Origin: Octopus sinensis
Taxonomy: Eukaryota
DNA: 33,499 nucleotides
Direction of reading: 5' to 3'
Assembly: GCF_006345805.1 (NCBI RefSeq)
Contig: NW_021829928.1
Location: 1 to 33,499 of the forward strand
Part shown: positions 11,547-22,691 of the stretch, in pieces
Position numbering within the stretch: the first letter of the stretch is position 1
How the letters are laid out: every line of letters starts with the position of its first letter
The notes under the pieces: model-generated
Databases searched by the model: none
What the model saw: only the letters and a program-made list of their open reading frames with translations
Told to the model about the DNA's origin: nothing
Program-made: the position numbers and the translations under genes

Positions 11547-13160
11547 CTTTACGTATAAAAGGTAATGGGGTGTGTGCGAGTGCCTGCTTTCACTCACACA
11601 TTATCGTGAAAAGCAGGCGATATTCAGGGTCCAGTAGTTAGTCCCTCGTCGCTATATCAGTTTGCTATTTAAAGATTACTATTCCCCCGTGATGTTTTGC
11701 ATTCATATTAGTATAAAATCTTTATTATAATCATGCGATCTTACATTGATAGGGACTGAGACTTAAAAATTTAGTTGTAATATGACGAAAACTTGGCTTA
11801 CTTTTGCCTTTACGAGAACTTTTGGGTTTTTTTAAAATAAAATTGGAAAACATGACATATTCAAATAGTAAATATATATATATATATAATACTGTTTCTA
11901 CTCCAGGTTTTATTGTATTGTTAAGAAACACCCCAGCTGCTGAATGCACGCGTTTTCACCTCAACAAGACAAAACCTTTATTGAAATTTCACATGAATAC
12001 CTTTTTAATTCTCAGTCGGTTATTAGTTCAGTTTAAAACATTTCATTCCATGTTCTGTTTAAACTTTATAAATAAATATATTCTTGCATTATTCATTATT
12101 TTGTTTTTAAAAAGGAAATCACACCAAATCTACACAAATGACCACCACCGCGATTACATACACACGTGTGTGTGTATATGTGGCTATATGTCTGTATTTA
12201 TTGTATGTGTGTGTATAAGTAGTTATATGCTTATATTATCCATTATAGTAATATTTGTCTGTTGAAGTCCGTTTTAAAGATGTCTATACATATATATATA
12301 TATATATATATATAATCATGCGATCTTACATAGATAGACAATTACAAAGAATGTTATGAGACTTAAAATTTAGTTGTAATATGACATAAACGAAAACTTG
12401 GCTTACTTTTGCCTTTACGAGAACTTTGTGTGATTCTTGTTTAATAAAATTAGAAAATATATATAGTGGTTTCTACTTCGGGTTTTATTGTATTGTGAGA
12501 AACACCCCAGCTGCTGAATACAGTGTGTAAACTGGTACTTAATTTATCGACCCCGAAAGGATGAAAGGCTAGGTCGACCTCGGCGGAATTTGAACCCAGA
12601 ACGTAACGGCAGACGAAATACGGCTTCGCATTTCGCCCAGCGTGCTAACGTTTCTGCCAGCTCGCCGCCTTTACGTATAAGAGATAATGTGGTGTGTGCG
12701 AGTGCCTGCTTTCACTCACGCATTATCGTGAAAAGCAGGCGATATTCAGGGTACAGTAGTCAGTCCCTCGTCGCTATGTCAGTTATTTAAGCTTACTTAT
12801 TCCTCCGTGGTGTTTTGCATTCATATTAGTATAAAATCTTTATTATAATCATGCGATCTTACATAGATCGGGACACAAGACAGACAATTACAGAGAATGT
12901 TGTATGAGACTAAAAAAAACGAAAACTTGGCTTACCTTTTTGCCTTTAAACGAGAACTTTTGTGTTTATTTTAATAAAATTGGAAAACATGACATATTCA
13001 AGTAGTAAATATATATATATATAGTACTGTTTCTACTCCAGGTTTTATTGTATTGGTAAGAAACACCCCAGCTGCTGAATGCACGCGTTTTCACCTCAAG
13101 ACAAAACCTTTATTGAAATTTCACAATGAATACCTTCTTCTCACACTCGGTTATTATTCA
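11547..13160. repeat. Locally triplicated spacer segment (11547-12026, 12311-12520, 12669-13160)
   Basis: ATAATCATGCGATCTTACAT, ACGAAAACTTGGCTTAC and AGAAACACCCCAGCTGCTGAAT each occur three times in the same order. Confidence 0.85.
12532..12668 (-). mobile_element. SINE family 1, 5' half
   Basis: Reverse complement of ~5182-5315. Confidence 0.8.
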
Positions 13161-13981
13161 TACGGGCCAACTCACCGACTTCTTTTGGGGACACGGAAGA
13201 GGTACGATGGCGCATTTAATACTACACACAGGTCTTCGTACACCCGTTAGGCCTGTTTACTTGCTTATTGTATTGTCCCCATCTGTGTTAATCCGTATGG
13301 ATAATAAAGAAATTTTACTTGCTTATTGATGACTAAAATATGAAAATAAGGAAGGTACCAGACGGTTGTTAGTTACAAGCCCTTAACTTTTTCTGAGAGC
13401 AATTAAAAAGTATCAAGAATTTGCCTGTTTTCTGTTTTGTTTTAATTTATAGATTAAAATATTTAAAAATGAATGGGCTCGCCTCCACCCCAAAACCGCC
13501 CACTTTTTAAACTTCTTCGACGCAAATCCCCTTTTTCGGTTACGGTGAATTCGAATCTGCAAAATAAATTGGCAAAAAAATAACAATCAACATTTCTAAA
13601 CTACCACACGTTTCCTTCATTTTTTACAGAAATCTTTTAGGAATTAACTTATTCTAAATATGCGGAAAAATACGGACAAAAGTATCCAAACTATCCTGTA
13701 ATTACGGTTAAGGTTAGCGCTGGGGGAGACAAGACAAAATTGAAGTTGGAGGAGGGATTTCTTAAATTTCAAAAAAGTATCATTAAAAACTTGCAAACAT
13801 GTTCGTTTATATATTCGCCTGAGTATACAAATACCTGTGCTTCGATGTACACAAATTATGTTTCCTCCCCCAATCCATTCTATGGCTGTTGTCTCCTGCG
13901 CTAAGTCTAGAGAAATTAACCCCAAAAACATGGATCGCAAATCGGCAGAAAATTTGAATTAACTTTCATGAGAATGTGGGT

Positions 13982-13997
13982 GGCCCTGAAAAGGACC
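13982..13997 (-). terminator. Histone 3' stem-loop of H2B
   Basis: Minus strand GGTCCT-TTTC-AGGGCC (one U-G pair) followed by ACCCA. Confidence 0.92.
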
Positions 13998-14029
13998 GTT
14001 ATTCTTCGATGAAGAGAAACGAAGCAGGT

Positions 14030-14407
14030 TTATTTGCTGCTAGTGTATTTGGTGACGGCCTTGGTACCCTCAGAGACGGCGTGTTTGGCCAACTCACCAG
14101 GAAGGAGAAGACGGACAGCAGTCTGCACCTCACGGCTACTGATGGTCGAACGTTTGTTGTAGTGAGCCAAGCGGCTGGATTCAGAAGCTATTCTTTCGAA
14201 CAGATCGTTGACAAAACTGTTCATGATGGACATAGCTTTGCTGGAGATGCCAGTGTCCGGGTGGACTTGCTTCATCACTTTGTAGATGTAGATGGAATAA
14301 CTTTCCTTCCTCTTCTTCTTACGTTTCTTGTCCCCGGCAGGGCGAGAGGTCTTGGCCTTGGAAGCCTTCTTGGCTCCTTTCGAAGCAGTTGCTGGTGCTG
14401 GTGGCAT
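14030..14407 (-). CDS. H2B: Histone H2B (125 aa)
   Basis: [15 protein letters not shown]...[26 protein letters not shown]...AVTKYTSSK. The true ATG is at 14405-14407. Confidence 0.98.
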   Translation of the reverse strand: MPPAPATASKGAKKASKAKTSRPAGDKKRKKKRKESYSIYIYKVMKQVHPDTGISSKAMSIMNSFVNDLFERIASESSRLAHYNKRSTISSREVQTAVRLLLPGELAKHAVSEGTKAVTKYTSSK

Positions 14408-14676
14408 AATGTCACTTGCTCTACTAATCAACCCTCGTCCACGCTATTTATAATTGACAAGTAGGCTCAGCCGAGCACCTTGCTGACGTTTCGCGCCAAT
14501 CAATTTCATTGGTGGAATTTGACAGCAGTCTAATCACGTGACATAAACCCGCTCCTTTTTCGCTCGGCAGTTTGTGACTGCTGGAGCCTCCTGACTGCTA
14601 TTTAAAGGCAAAAGCCGCCCTCGTATTTAGTCGCCAACTCTCTTCTTTGCTGAGAACTACTGTCGAACTTTGAAAT
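14408..14676. promoter_or_regulatory. Bidirectional H2B/H2A promoter
   Basis: TATAAATA on minus at 14445-14452, opposed CCAAT boxes at 14496 and 14508, CACGTGAC at 14535-14542, TATTTAAA at 14599-14606. Confidence 0.8.
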
Positions 14677-15054
14677 ATGTCTGGACGTGGTAAAGGAGGA
14701 AAAGTAAAGGGAAAGAGCAAGACCCGTTCGTCCCGTGCCGGACTTCAGTTCCCTGTCGGTCGTATCCACCGTCTTCTCCGTAAGGGAAATTATGCCCAAC
14801 GTGTCGGTGCCGGAGCCCCAGTCTACTTGGCCGCTGTGATGGAATATTTGGCTGCTGAGGTGTTGGAATTGGCAGGAAATGCTGCCAGAGATAACAAGAA
14901 ATCGAGAATCATTCCCCGTCACTTGCAGTTGGCCATCCGTAACGACGAAGAATTGAACAAACTTTTGTCCGGAGTGACCATCGCCCAGGGTGGTGTTCTT
15001 CCCAACATTCAGGCTGTTCTTCTGCCCAAGAAAACCCAGAAGGCTTCTAAGTAA
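14677..15054 (+). CDS. H2A: Histone H2A (canonical, 125 aa)
   Basis: [31 protein letters not shown]...[11 protein letters not shown]; no SQEY tail, so not H2A.X. Confidence 0.99.
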   Translation: MSGRGKGGKVKGKSKTRSSRAGLQFPVGRIHRLLRKGNYAQRVGAGAPVYLAAVMEYLAAEVLELAGNAARDNKKSRIIPRHLQLAIRNDEELNKLLSGVTIAQGGVLPNIQAVLLPKKTQKASK

Positions 15055-15092
15055 ATTAATTCGGTGGCATTTTTTGCTTTATCCGTATCAAC

Positions 15093-15108
15093 GGCCCTTT
15101 TCAGGGCC
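15093..15108 (+). terminator. Histone 3' stem-loop of H2A
   Basis: GGCCCT-TTTC-AGGGCC. Confidence 0.95.
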
Positions 15109-15382
15109 TCTCACACTTTGCGTATTTGTCTTCTCTCGACTTAATATTTGCGATTTATAATCTGTCAAAAGTATGTTATTTAGTGTTGGTGCCGAATGAA
15201 TGTTTTATTATTTAGTATTCTTTCACCCTCATAATTTTCATTAAGACGAAGAATACTCTGATTTTTTTGTATGGTATTAGGAACCGCTGACCTCAAGGTG
15301 TGCGGTACTATTTAAGCAGAGTGGTCCCGGTGTGTTTGAGAATGTTTTTATGAGACACGTTTTTTTTTTTTACTTATATTCC

Positions 15383-15550
15383 ATACTTTGTTTAAAAGCA
15401 GCGGATATTTAACAAAAGCTGCTGCTCGGGGTTTCACGTTCCCGTTTGTCGGACAGTTTTGTTTGAAATACGGAGGGGCTGTCCGGCGAACGGAAGCGTA
15501 AAGCCCCGGTAGCAGCATTAGAATTTCTGCTGCTTTTAAATAAGGCATAT
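15383..15550. repeat. Degenerate inverted pair of hammerhead family A
   Basis: Minus arm AAAACTGT-CCGACAA-ACGGGAACGT-GAAA; plus arm CTGT-CCGGCGA-ACGGAAGCGT...CTGCTGCTTTTAAATAAG. Homologous to 1636-1710. Confidence 0.6.
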
Positions 15551-15633
15551 TACTCTACTTATGGTATTTGAGTACGCTTTTTTTCCACCTTTTTTAACAT
15601 GTGTTTACTCCGGTGTATGTATATATATAGGAA

Positions 15634-15811
15634 TTGTTTTACACCTATTACACTTTTGTGCCAGGGTTAGACCCGTAAGATTCACGATGTGGATTTTCCG
15701 AGTCCTCTCCCCCACCCAACCCCTTTCGCGAGCGCGCCTTTTTTTTTTTTTTTGCCATATTCGTTTAGAGGAAGTTTTTACACTATTTTTATATTTTGTT
15801 TTTCTGACCGG
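15634..15811. repeat. Solo module of the 6063-7687 foldback arm
   Basis: TTGTTTTACACCTATTACAC...CCTCTCCCCCACCC...CCCTTTCGCGAG...CATATTCGTTTAGAG matches 7390-7640. Confidence 0.75.
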
Positions 15812-15867
15812 TTTGACGAGCTAGTGCGTGTGCGCGCACAGGGACCACTCGTCATAAATAGTGGTGG

Positions 15868-16140
15868 GGCTGGAGAAAATGTGTCTGCATTTAAAAAAAG
15901 ACGGATGCTAGGTGTGAGAGGCCTTGCATGAACACGCCGTGATCCCTTACCAAAAGGTTTCAGTTAAAATAACAGGGCTCATGGGGTCGGCTATCCTGTT
16001 CTTTTCACTTCATATGTCCCTTTTTATTTGTTCTTGTAACTCATTCGATTTCACTATAAATAGTTCCATTTCATCCACATGACCCCAAATCATTGTATTG
16101 TCCCCATCTATGTAAACCCTTACGGGTAATAAAGAAATAC
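15868..16140 (+). mobile_element. Probable LINE 3' end with a tail resembling that of SINE family 1
   Basis: Ends in TTGTCCCCATCTATGTAAACCCTTACGGGTAATAAAGAAAT; a near copy lies at 13268-13313. Confidence 0.4.
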
Positions 16141-16204
16141 ACTCTTCATAAATAGTACCATGTTATGCTGCAAGCCCCTTATTTTTGTTCGGGGAGAAAA
16201 GGGA

Positions 16205-16479
16205 TGGGTGGAAAACTATGAGCCATGCGCAGGGATGCTGTCGGTGAGATGAGGGTTGGTAACGAGTATAGTGGAGAGTTCCTGGTAGAAGTAGGCTGTT
16301 CACCAAGGTTCAGTCCTCAGCCCACTCTTATTCATTAGTCCTCTGGGCAATAGCAGGAATTCTTGACAAGCTGACCCTAGGGTCTCCTGTGTTGGTGACC
16401 TTCGCTTATAGCTGGGTCACTACCAAAGCTGAAGGAGAAATTTCAGGTGTGGTAGGCAAGGCTAGAATTGAAGGGCCTT
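16205..16479 (+). pseudogene. LINE reverse transcriptase fragment (RTE-like)
   Basis: Frameshifted translation RVGNEYSGEFLVEVG/VHQGSVLSPLLFI...KFQVW...LELKGL, which is the RT QGSVLSP motif. Confidence 0.75.
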
Positions 16480-16579
16480 TGGGAAAAGACCATAGTCTTT
16501 ATGTATACATATATATATATATTATATGTACATGTGGAGGTAGGTACGTACATATATGTTTTATTTTATTTATTAATAT

Positions 16580-16615
<36 letters not shown>

Positions 16616-16703
16616 AGTTCAGCAAAAATTTAGATTCAAATGAATATGGTACTTATGCACCAGAATTTTGTATGGTGTTATCCATAAAAATTTGCGGGGT
16701 GAT

Positions 16704-17023
16704 TATAATCAAAATAAGCAACAAGAATGACTCTGGTAATTTGGTACAATTGTTTCGCACTACAACATTTTATTAAAAGTGGTTGGACTTCACCACCTCA
16801 TATGTTCTTAAAATTTAAATCCACATCTTTGTATATCTACCTTCTCTATAATGTTGCCATTTGATTTGAAAATTTTTATATTAATGGAAAACCTATATAA
16901 TTGGCTGATGAGTACTCAACATCTTAAATCTGTTGTAATACTTACAGCATTTAATAAAATGATGTAGTGCAAAACAATTGTACCACATTACCGGAGTCAT
17001 TCTTGTTGCTTATTTTGATTATA
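16704..17023. repeat. ~74-bp inverted repeat (16704-16777 / 16950-17023) containing hammerhead family D
   Basis: ATAATCAAAATAAGCAACAAGAATGACTC is inverted as GAGTCATTCTTGTTGCTTATTTTGATTAT. Confidence 0.85.
16898..16990 (+). ncRNA. Type I hammerhead motif with long stem II (family D), GAAA>AAAA in this copy
   Basis: TAATTGG-CTGATGA-GTACT...AGTGC-AAA-ACAATTGT-A-CCACATTA. The inverted arm retains GTGC-GAAACAATTGTA-CCAAATTA. Confidence 0.55.
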
Positions 17024-17032
17024 TATATATGT

Positions 17033-17298
17033 GGAGGCGCAATGGCCTAGTGGACTCGCAGGATCGCGGTTTCGATTCCCAGACCGGGCGTTGTGAGTGT
17101 TTATTGAGCGAAAACACCTAAAAGCTCCACGAGGCTCTGGCAGGGGGGGGGTGATCCCTGCTGTACTCTTCTCCCACTCTTCTGTCGGCCTGCTCGCTTA
17201 GCCAGCGGGGGTGGCGTCCTTCGAAGGCTAAAACAATGCGAACACATTGTGACCAGCGATATGCAACTACATCTGATGGTCTGGTTGGTCACGTGATC
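17033..17298 (+). mobile_element. tRNA-derived SINE family 3
   Basis: A-box TGGCCTAGTGG, B-box GGTTTCGATTCCC; copies at 2065, 23905 and 24199. Confidence 0.8.
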
Positions 17299-17536
17299 AC
17301 ATATACACATATATATCTATATATATAGAGAGAGAGTTTACGAAAATAATCAAAAGACGAAGACAGGTGGTGTACAAAACAACAGTTGTATTAGTATAAT
17401 GCTTAGGAATAGAAAAAGTCTTTTACGTTTCGAGCCTACGCTCTTCTACAGAAAAAAACAAGGAGGGAAAAAGATGTGTGTAGTGGCTAACGATCTATCA
17501 TGGGGACGGCCATATATATATACATACATACATACT

Positions 17537-17694
17537 TTTATTAAAGCTGCAAATTTATCACAAAACTGTTAATCTGAGTGTCAGGTTTGCATTCAAGAGA
17601 CAGGTGTGATGGAAACATTTCATTCCAACTGTCCAACAGACAAGAACATGAAACTCTGAGAAACAGTTTTGTAATAATTGGACAAACATTAATA
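17537..17694. repeat. Very degenerate inverted pair of hammerhead family A
   Basis: ACAAAACTGTT (17550) versus AACAGTTTTGT (17662); plus arm AACTGT-CCAACAG...GAAACTCTGAG. Confidence 0.45.
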
Positions 17695-18089
17695 GAATTT
17701 TTTATTCATTCAGAAATTATCTTAAATGGAATATATATATGAATATTATGAAAGAACAGCTTTTATTAAAAATATCAGAATTGATAAGGATATATAAAAA
17801 TATAGTGTTAGTAAGTTGTTATAACATGCTGTTATATCTTCTTTATCATCTGGATACATTTATTGTTATATAAGATATTCCTTTCAACAAATGACTTTTG
17901 ATATTGATACAGTCACTCTTCTCAATGATGATAAAGATATCTGTAGTTAATTGTCTTTTTTCAGAGAAGGATATACCACAGAATCAGTTAGATGGTTTCT
18001 CTTCCATATCAATGTGCGTCTGTGTTTATCTAAGAGATTTATTTGAGAGAACCATTCACCACAGATATCACAATGACATGGTTTATCTC

Positions 18090-18782
18090 CTAATGAATGA
18101 GTCTGTGAGTGGTCAAGTGATCTATTTCAGAGAATGATTCACCACAGGTGTCACAAGGATGTGACTTCACCCCTGAATGAACACCTTTGTGTCTACTTAA
18201 ATGTCCCTTTTGAGTGAAAGATTTACTGCAGATATCACAGTTGTATGGTTTCTCACCTGTATGGATAAATCTGTGAGTGGATAAGTCACCACTTTGAGAG
18301 AATGATTTATCACAGATATCACATTGATATGGCTTTTCACCTGTATGAGTACGTTTATGTACAATTACACCACTTTTGTGAGTGAATGATTTACCACAGA
18401 TATCACACTGAAATGGTTTCTCTCCTGTATGGATAACCTTGTGAGCAGCTAAGTTACCATCTCGAGAGAATGATTTACCACAGATATCACACTGAAATGG
18501 TTTCTCGCCTGTATGAATACGTTTATGTACAGTTACAGCACTTCTTCGAGCAAATGTTTTACCGCAGATATCACACTGATATGGTTTCTCCCCTGTGTGA
18601 GTAAGTCTGTGTGTATCCAAGTTAAATTTCATGGAGAATGATTTACCACAGATATCACAGTCGTATACAGATTTTCCTCTTTCTTTTGGCATCTCTGCAG
18701 CTAAAACTAACAAAACTCCAAGATTCTCACACATTCCTCTTTCTGTAATTTTTTCTTCAACAAAATGGTCTGGAAATTTCAT
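18090..18782 (-). CDS. C2H2 zinc-finger protein, 7 tandem fingers, no recognisable effector domain
   Basis: Seven CxxC-x12-H-x3-H units with TGEKP linkers. Splice acceptor (polypyrimidine-TTTCAG) at 19119-19140 and AATAAA at 17762-17767. The start could be the later ATG at 18692 (MPKE). Confidence 0.85.
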   Translation of the reverse strand: MKFPDHFVEEKITERGMCENLGVLLVLAAEMPKERGKSVYDCDICGKSFSMKFNLDTHRLTHTGEKPYQCDICGKTFARRSAVTVHKRIHTGEKPFQCDICGKSFSRDGNLAAHKVIHTGEKPFQCDICGKSFTHKSGVIVHKRTHTGEKPYQCDICDKSFSQSGDLSTHRFIHTGEKPYNCDICSKSFTQKGHLSRHKGVHSGVKSHPCDTCGESFSEIDHLTTHRLIH

Positions 18783-19223
18783 TTCTTCTTGTTTCTATAT
18801 TTTATTCCTAACAAATGTTACAACTGCCATATTTTTATCAAATATAAGCTTTGCTGATATCTTAAGATGTTGCAAATGTCTTTGTAAATTTATCCAAGTT
18901 TATTCAGAATCCAAATTTAGGTTGTACTCATTTCAGAGTGAATCCAAGAAATTTCACCAATAATGTCACTCAGAAGAAATATTTTACTGAAATTCACAGT
19001 TAATTTACATAAACAGGGTTCTTATATCCAGTTCTGTGTAACATCGTCTTCAAAATATGATAAATATTGATGACGCTTCTGCAGTAAATTTCCTCTGATG
19101 CCAATGTCCTCTGATATTCTGAAATAAGAGAGAAACAACAGTTTAAGACAGAGTGTAGCTTTGGTTATGACAAAGGCTTGGGGTTCATTTATATGCGACA
19201 TTTACTGCTACAATGATAAATCT

Positions 19224-19465
19224 CATTTAAGAAACAGATTGGGTTTATTTACATTTCTGAAGAAAAAGGGATCTTTTCGGTTTGACCGCAGTTTTTTTCT
19301 AGTGGTGTCATATGAAATTGTCACCCATAATTATGACCCTAGTATCAATCTATTGCATTTCAATCTGTTTTAGGGTTAGGGTTGGGGGGAAGGGTAATTT
19401 TCTTTTTTTTTTCCACAAATGTAAATAAACCCAATCTATTTCTTAAACGAGGGACATATTCATAC
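19224..19465. mobile_element. Partial GGATCTTTTCGG-family MITE with a short inverted fragment
   Basis: TIR at 19269; 19226-19268 is the reverse complement of ~19405-19447. Confidence 0.7.
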
Positions 19466-20743
19466 TGCCTTTAAGCAGTACAAAAACAACAAAAAAATGG
19501 AAGGTGCAGTTATGACAAAAGAAAAGCAGGACAAAAACGATGCATGCAAATGGGTTGGCTGGAGGTAAATCTAGATGGAAAAGCATGATAAATTTATGAG
19601 AACCCGCTGGGACATTAATATATATATAATTATAATAAAGGGTTATTTGCAACAAGTTGCTTAAACCACATACCGAAAATATTAGAAATAGCAGCCAAAT
19701 AGGCTACTATTACTATTACTACAAAAAGAAGTCTCCACAAACAACAGTATTTGCAACCCGTATATGGTAGAAGGAAGGAAGACAACGAAATCACACAGTC
19801 TACTTTATATATATATATATATATATGCACGAGCAAAATGCACCCCCACCGTATAATGGAATGTGCTGAGTTGTCAAACATTTAAACCAAATTTTCTCAA
19901 GATAACTTGTCCGACCGCTCCATAGGCCTCCCCTTTGAGAAACACTGATTTAACCTAAATTAGGGACACCAGCAAAAGAAGAAATAAAGATAGACTTTTT
20001 TTCTATTCCAAAGAAAAACGATTTTATTCACAAAAATATGCAACCGAAGAGTTTAAAGTACCAGTAATTATAAGGCTGTTGACTGGGAGAACACAAACAT
20101 GGTTTAAACAGTAAGCTTGGCAGGAAAGAAACGTGCCTTTAAGCAGGACAAAAACAACAAATAATGGAAGGTGCAGTTATGTACAGGTTGACGGAAGAAA
20201 AGCAGGACAAAAACGGCTTTATTGATCGCATTCTCACCTGGAATATATTATTGTAATTTTTTCTCACCTGGAAACGATTTTTGTAATTTTTTCAAAGACT
20301 AATACACGCCCTGATACAGTCGGTATCTACAAATCAAATTTAAGTGCAATCGGATGGAGGATGCCTGAAATCCAAGAAGACACACAGACAGAACGGATTT
20401 TATATAAGAGATTATGAAAAACAGCTTTTATTAAAAATATCAGAATGGTAGATATTGATGAGTATAAATAAAAAATATAGTGTTTTGTTATATCTTCTTT
20501 ATCATCTGGATATATTTATTGTTATATAAGATATTCCTTTCAACAATGACTTTTGATATTGATACAGTCACTCTTCTCTATGATGAGAAATATATCTGTA
20601 GTTAATTGTCTTTTTTCAGAGAAGGATATACCACAGAATCAGTTACATGGCTTCTCTTCCATATCAATGTGTGTCTGTGTTTATCTAAGAGATTTATTTG
20701 AGAGAACATTCACCACAGATATCACAATGACATGGTTTCTCTC

Positions 20744-22691
20744 CTAATGAATGAGTCTGTGAGTGGTCAAGTGATCTATTTCAGAGAATGATTCACCACA
20801 GGTGTCACAATGATGTGACTTCACCCCTGAATGAATACCTTTGTGTCTACTTAAATGGTTCTTTTGAGTGAATGATTTACCACAGATATCACAATAATAT
20901 GGCTTTTCACCTGTATGAGTAAGTTTGTGATTAGTTAATTTAGCTTTTACAGAGAATGATTCACCACAGGTGTCACAATGATGTGATTTCATTCCTGAAG
21001 GAATACATTTGTGTCTACTTAATTGTCCCTTTTGAATGAATGATTTACTGCAGATATCACAGTGATATGGCTTTTCACCTGTATGAGTACGTTTGTGTTT
21101 AGTTAAGACAACCTTTAGAGTGAATGATTTCCCACAGATATCACAGTGGTAAGGTTTCTCACCTGTATGGATAAACATGTGAGTGGATAAGTCACCACTT
21201 TGAGAGAATGATTTATCACAGATATCACATTGATATGGTTTCTCACCTGTATGAGTACGTTTGTGTACAGTTACAGCACTTCTGTGAGTGAATGATTTAC
21301 CACAGATATCACAGGAATATGGCTTTTCTCCTGTATGAGTAAATTTGTGGGTAGCTAAGTCACTATTTCGAGAGAAGGATTTACCACAGATATCACACTG
21401 GTAAGGTTTCTCCCCTGTATGAGTAAGTCTGTGCTTACTTAAATTACATTGCAAGGAGAATGATTTACCACAGATATCACACTGATGGGTTTTCTCGCCA
21501 GTGTGAGTATGTTTGTGTTTAGCTAAGTCACCATTTCGAGAGAATGATTTACCGCAGATATCACACTGGTAAGGTTTCTCCCCTGTATGAGTAAGTTTGT
21601 GCGTAACTAAGTACTCACATCGAGAGAATGATTTACTACAGATATCACAGTGATATGGTTTCTCTCCTGTATGAATACGTTTATGTACAGTTACAGCACT
21701 TCTTCGAGTGAATGATTTACCACAGATATCACACTGGTAAGGTTTCTCCCCTGTATGAGTAAATTTGTGTGTCGCTAAGTTAACTCTCAAGGAGAATGAT
21801 TTACCACAGATATCACACTGATAAGGTTTCTCCCCTGTATGAGTAAGTTTGTGTATAGTTAAGTTACCTTTGAAAGAAAATAATTTACCACAGATATCAC
21901 ACTGATAAGGTTTCTTGCCTGTATGAACATGTTTGTGCTTGGTTAAGGTACCATTTCGAGAGAATGATTTACCACAGATATCACACTGATATGGTTTCTC
22001 CCCAGTGTGAGTAAGTTTGTGTGTATCCAAGTTAAATTTCATGGAGAATGATTTACCACAGATATCACAGTGATATGGTTTCTCTCCTGTATGAATACGT
22101 CTGTGACATGTTAAACCACTACAATTAGAAAATGATTTACCACAGATATCACAATGATATGGTTTATCGCCTGTATGAATACGTTTATGTACAGTTACAG
22201 CACTTCTTCGAGCGAATGATTTATCACAAATATCACACTGATAAGGTTTCTCACCTGTATGAGTAAGTTTGTGTTTAGCTAAGTTAACTCTCATGGAGAA
22301 TGATTTACCACAGATATCACAGTGATATGGTTTCTCACCTGTATGAATATGTTTATGTACAGTTACAGCACTTCTGCGAATGAATGATTTACTGCAGATA
22401 TCACAATGATATGGTTTCTCTCGTGTATGAGTAAGTTTGTGTTTAGTTATGTGACAGTTTTGAGAGAATGATTTACCACAGATATCATACTGATATAGTT
22501 TTTGCTGTGTGTGAATATTTCTGTTAATAGTTAGATTAAGTTTATTTTTAATATGATTTACCACAGATATCACAATGATGTGGCTTCTCTCCTGTATGAG
22601 TACATTTGTGAGTAGCTAAGTTAACTTTCACAGAGAATGATTTACCACAGATATCACAGTCATATACAGATTTTCCTCTTTCTTTTGGCAT
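20744..22691 (-). pseudogene. C2H2 zinc-finger array (~23 units, 19 intact in the long frame) with a frameshift near 22550; pseudogene or assembly indel
   Basis: ATG at 22691 (MPKERGKS) reads one finger, then stops at 22548-22550. Twenty-one further 28-aa units are in another frame, where the ORF track start is a GTG. Splice acceptor at 23120, AATAAA at 20427-20432. Confidence 0.75.

Noticed and set aside
13728-13742. U7-like Sm site AATTTTGTCTTG on minus
   Set aside because: Imperfect match with no 3' hairpin following.
14408-14431. N-terminal extension MISRASDI on H2B
   Set aside because: Starts at a non-ATG codon only 14 nt from the TATA box; the true start is ATG at 14407.
17033-17090. 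tRNA genes at A/B-box sequences
   Set aside because: No complete cloverleaf; each continues into SINE body sequence.
18090-18092. A-to-I recoding of the ZNF UAG stop to extend the protein
   Set aside because: Downstream finger remnants are in a different frame, so read-through would not restore them.
19369-19388. Telomere-like TTAGGGTTAGGG (also ~25507 and 27488)
   Set aside because: Only two units, and an internal part of the GGATCTTTTCGG MITE.
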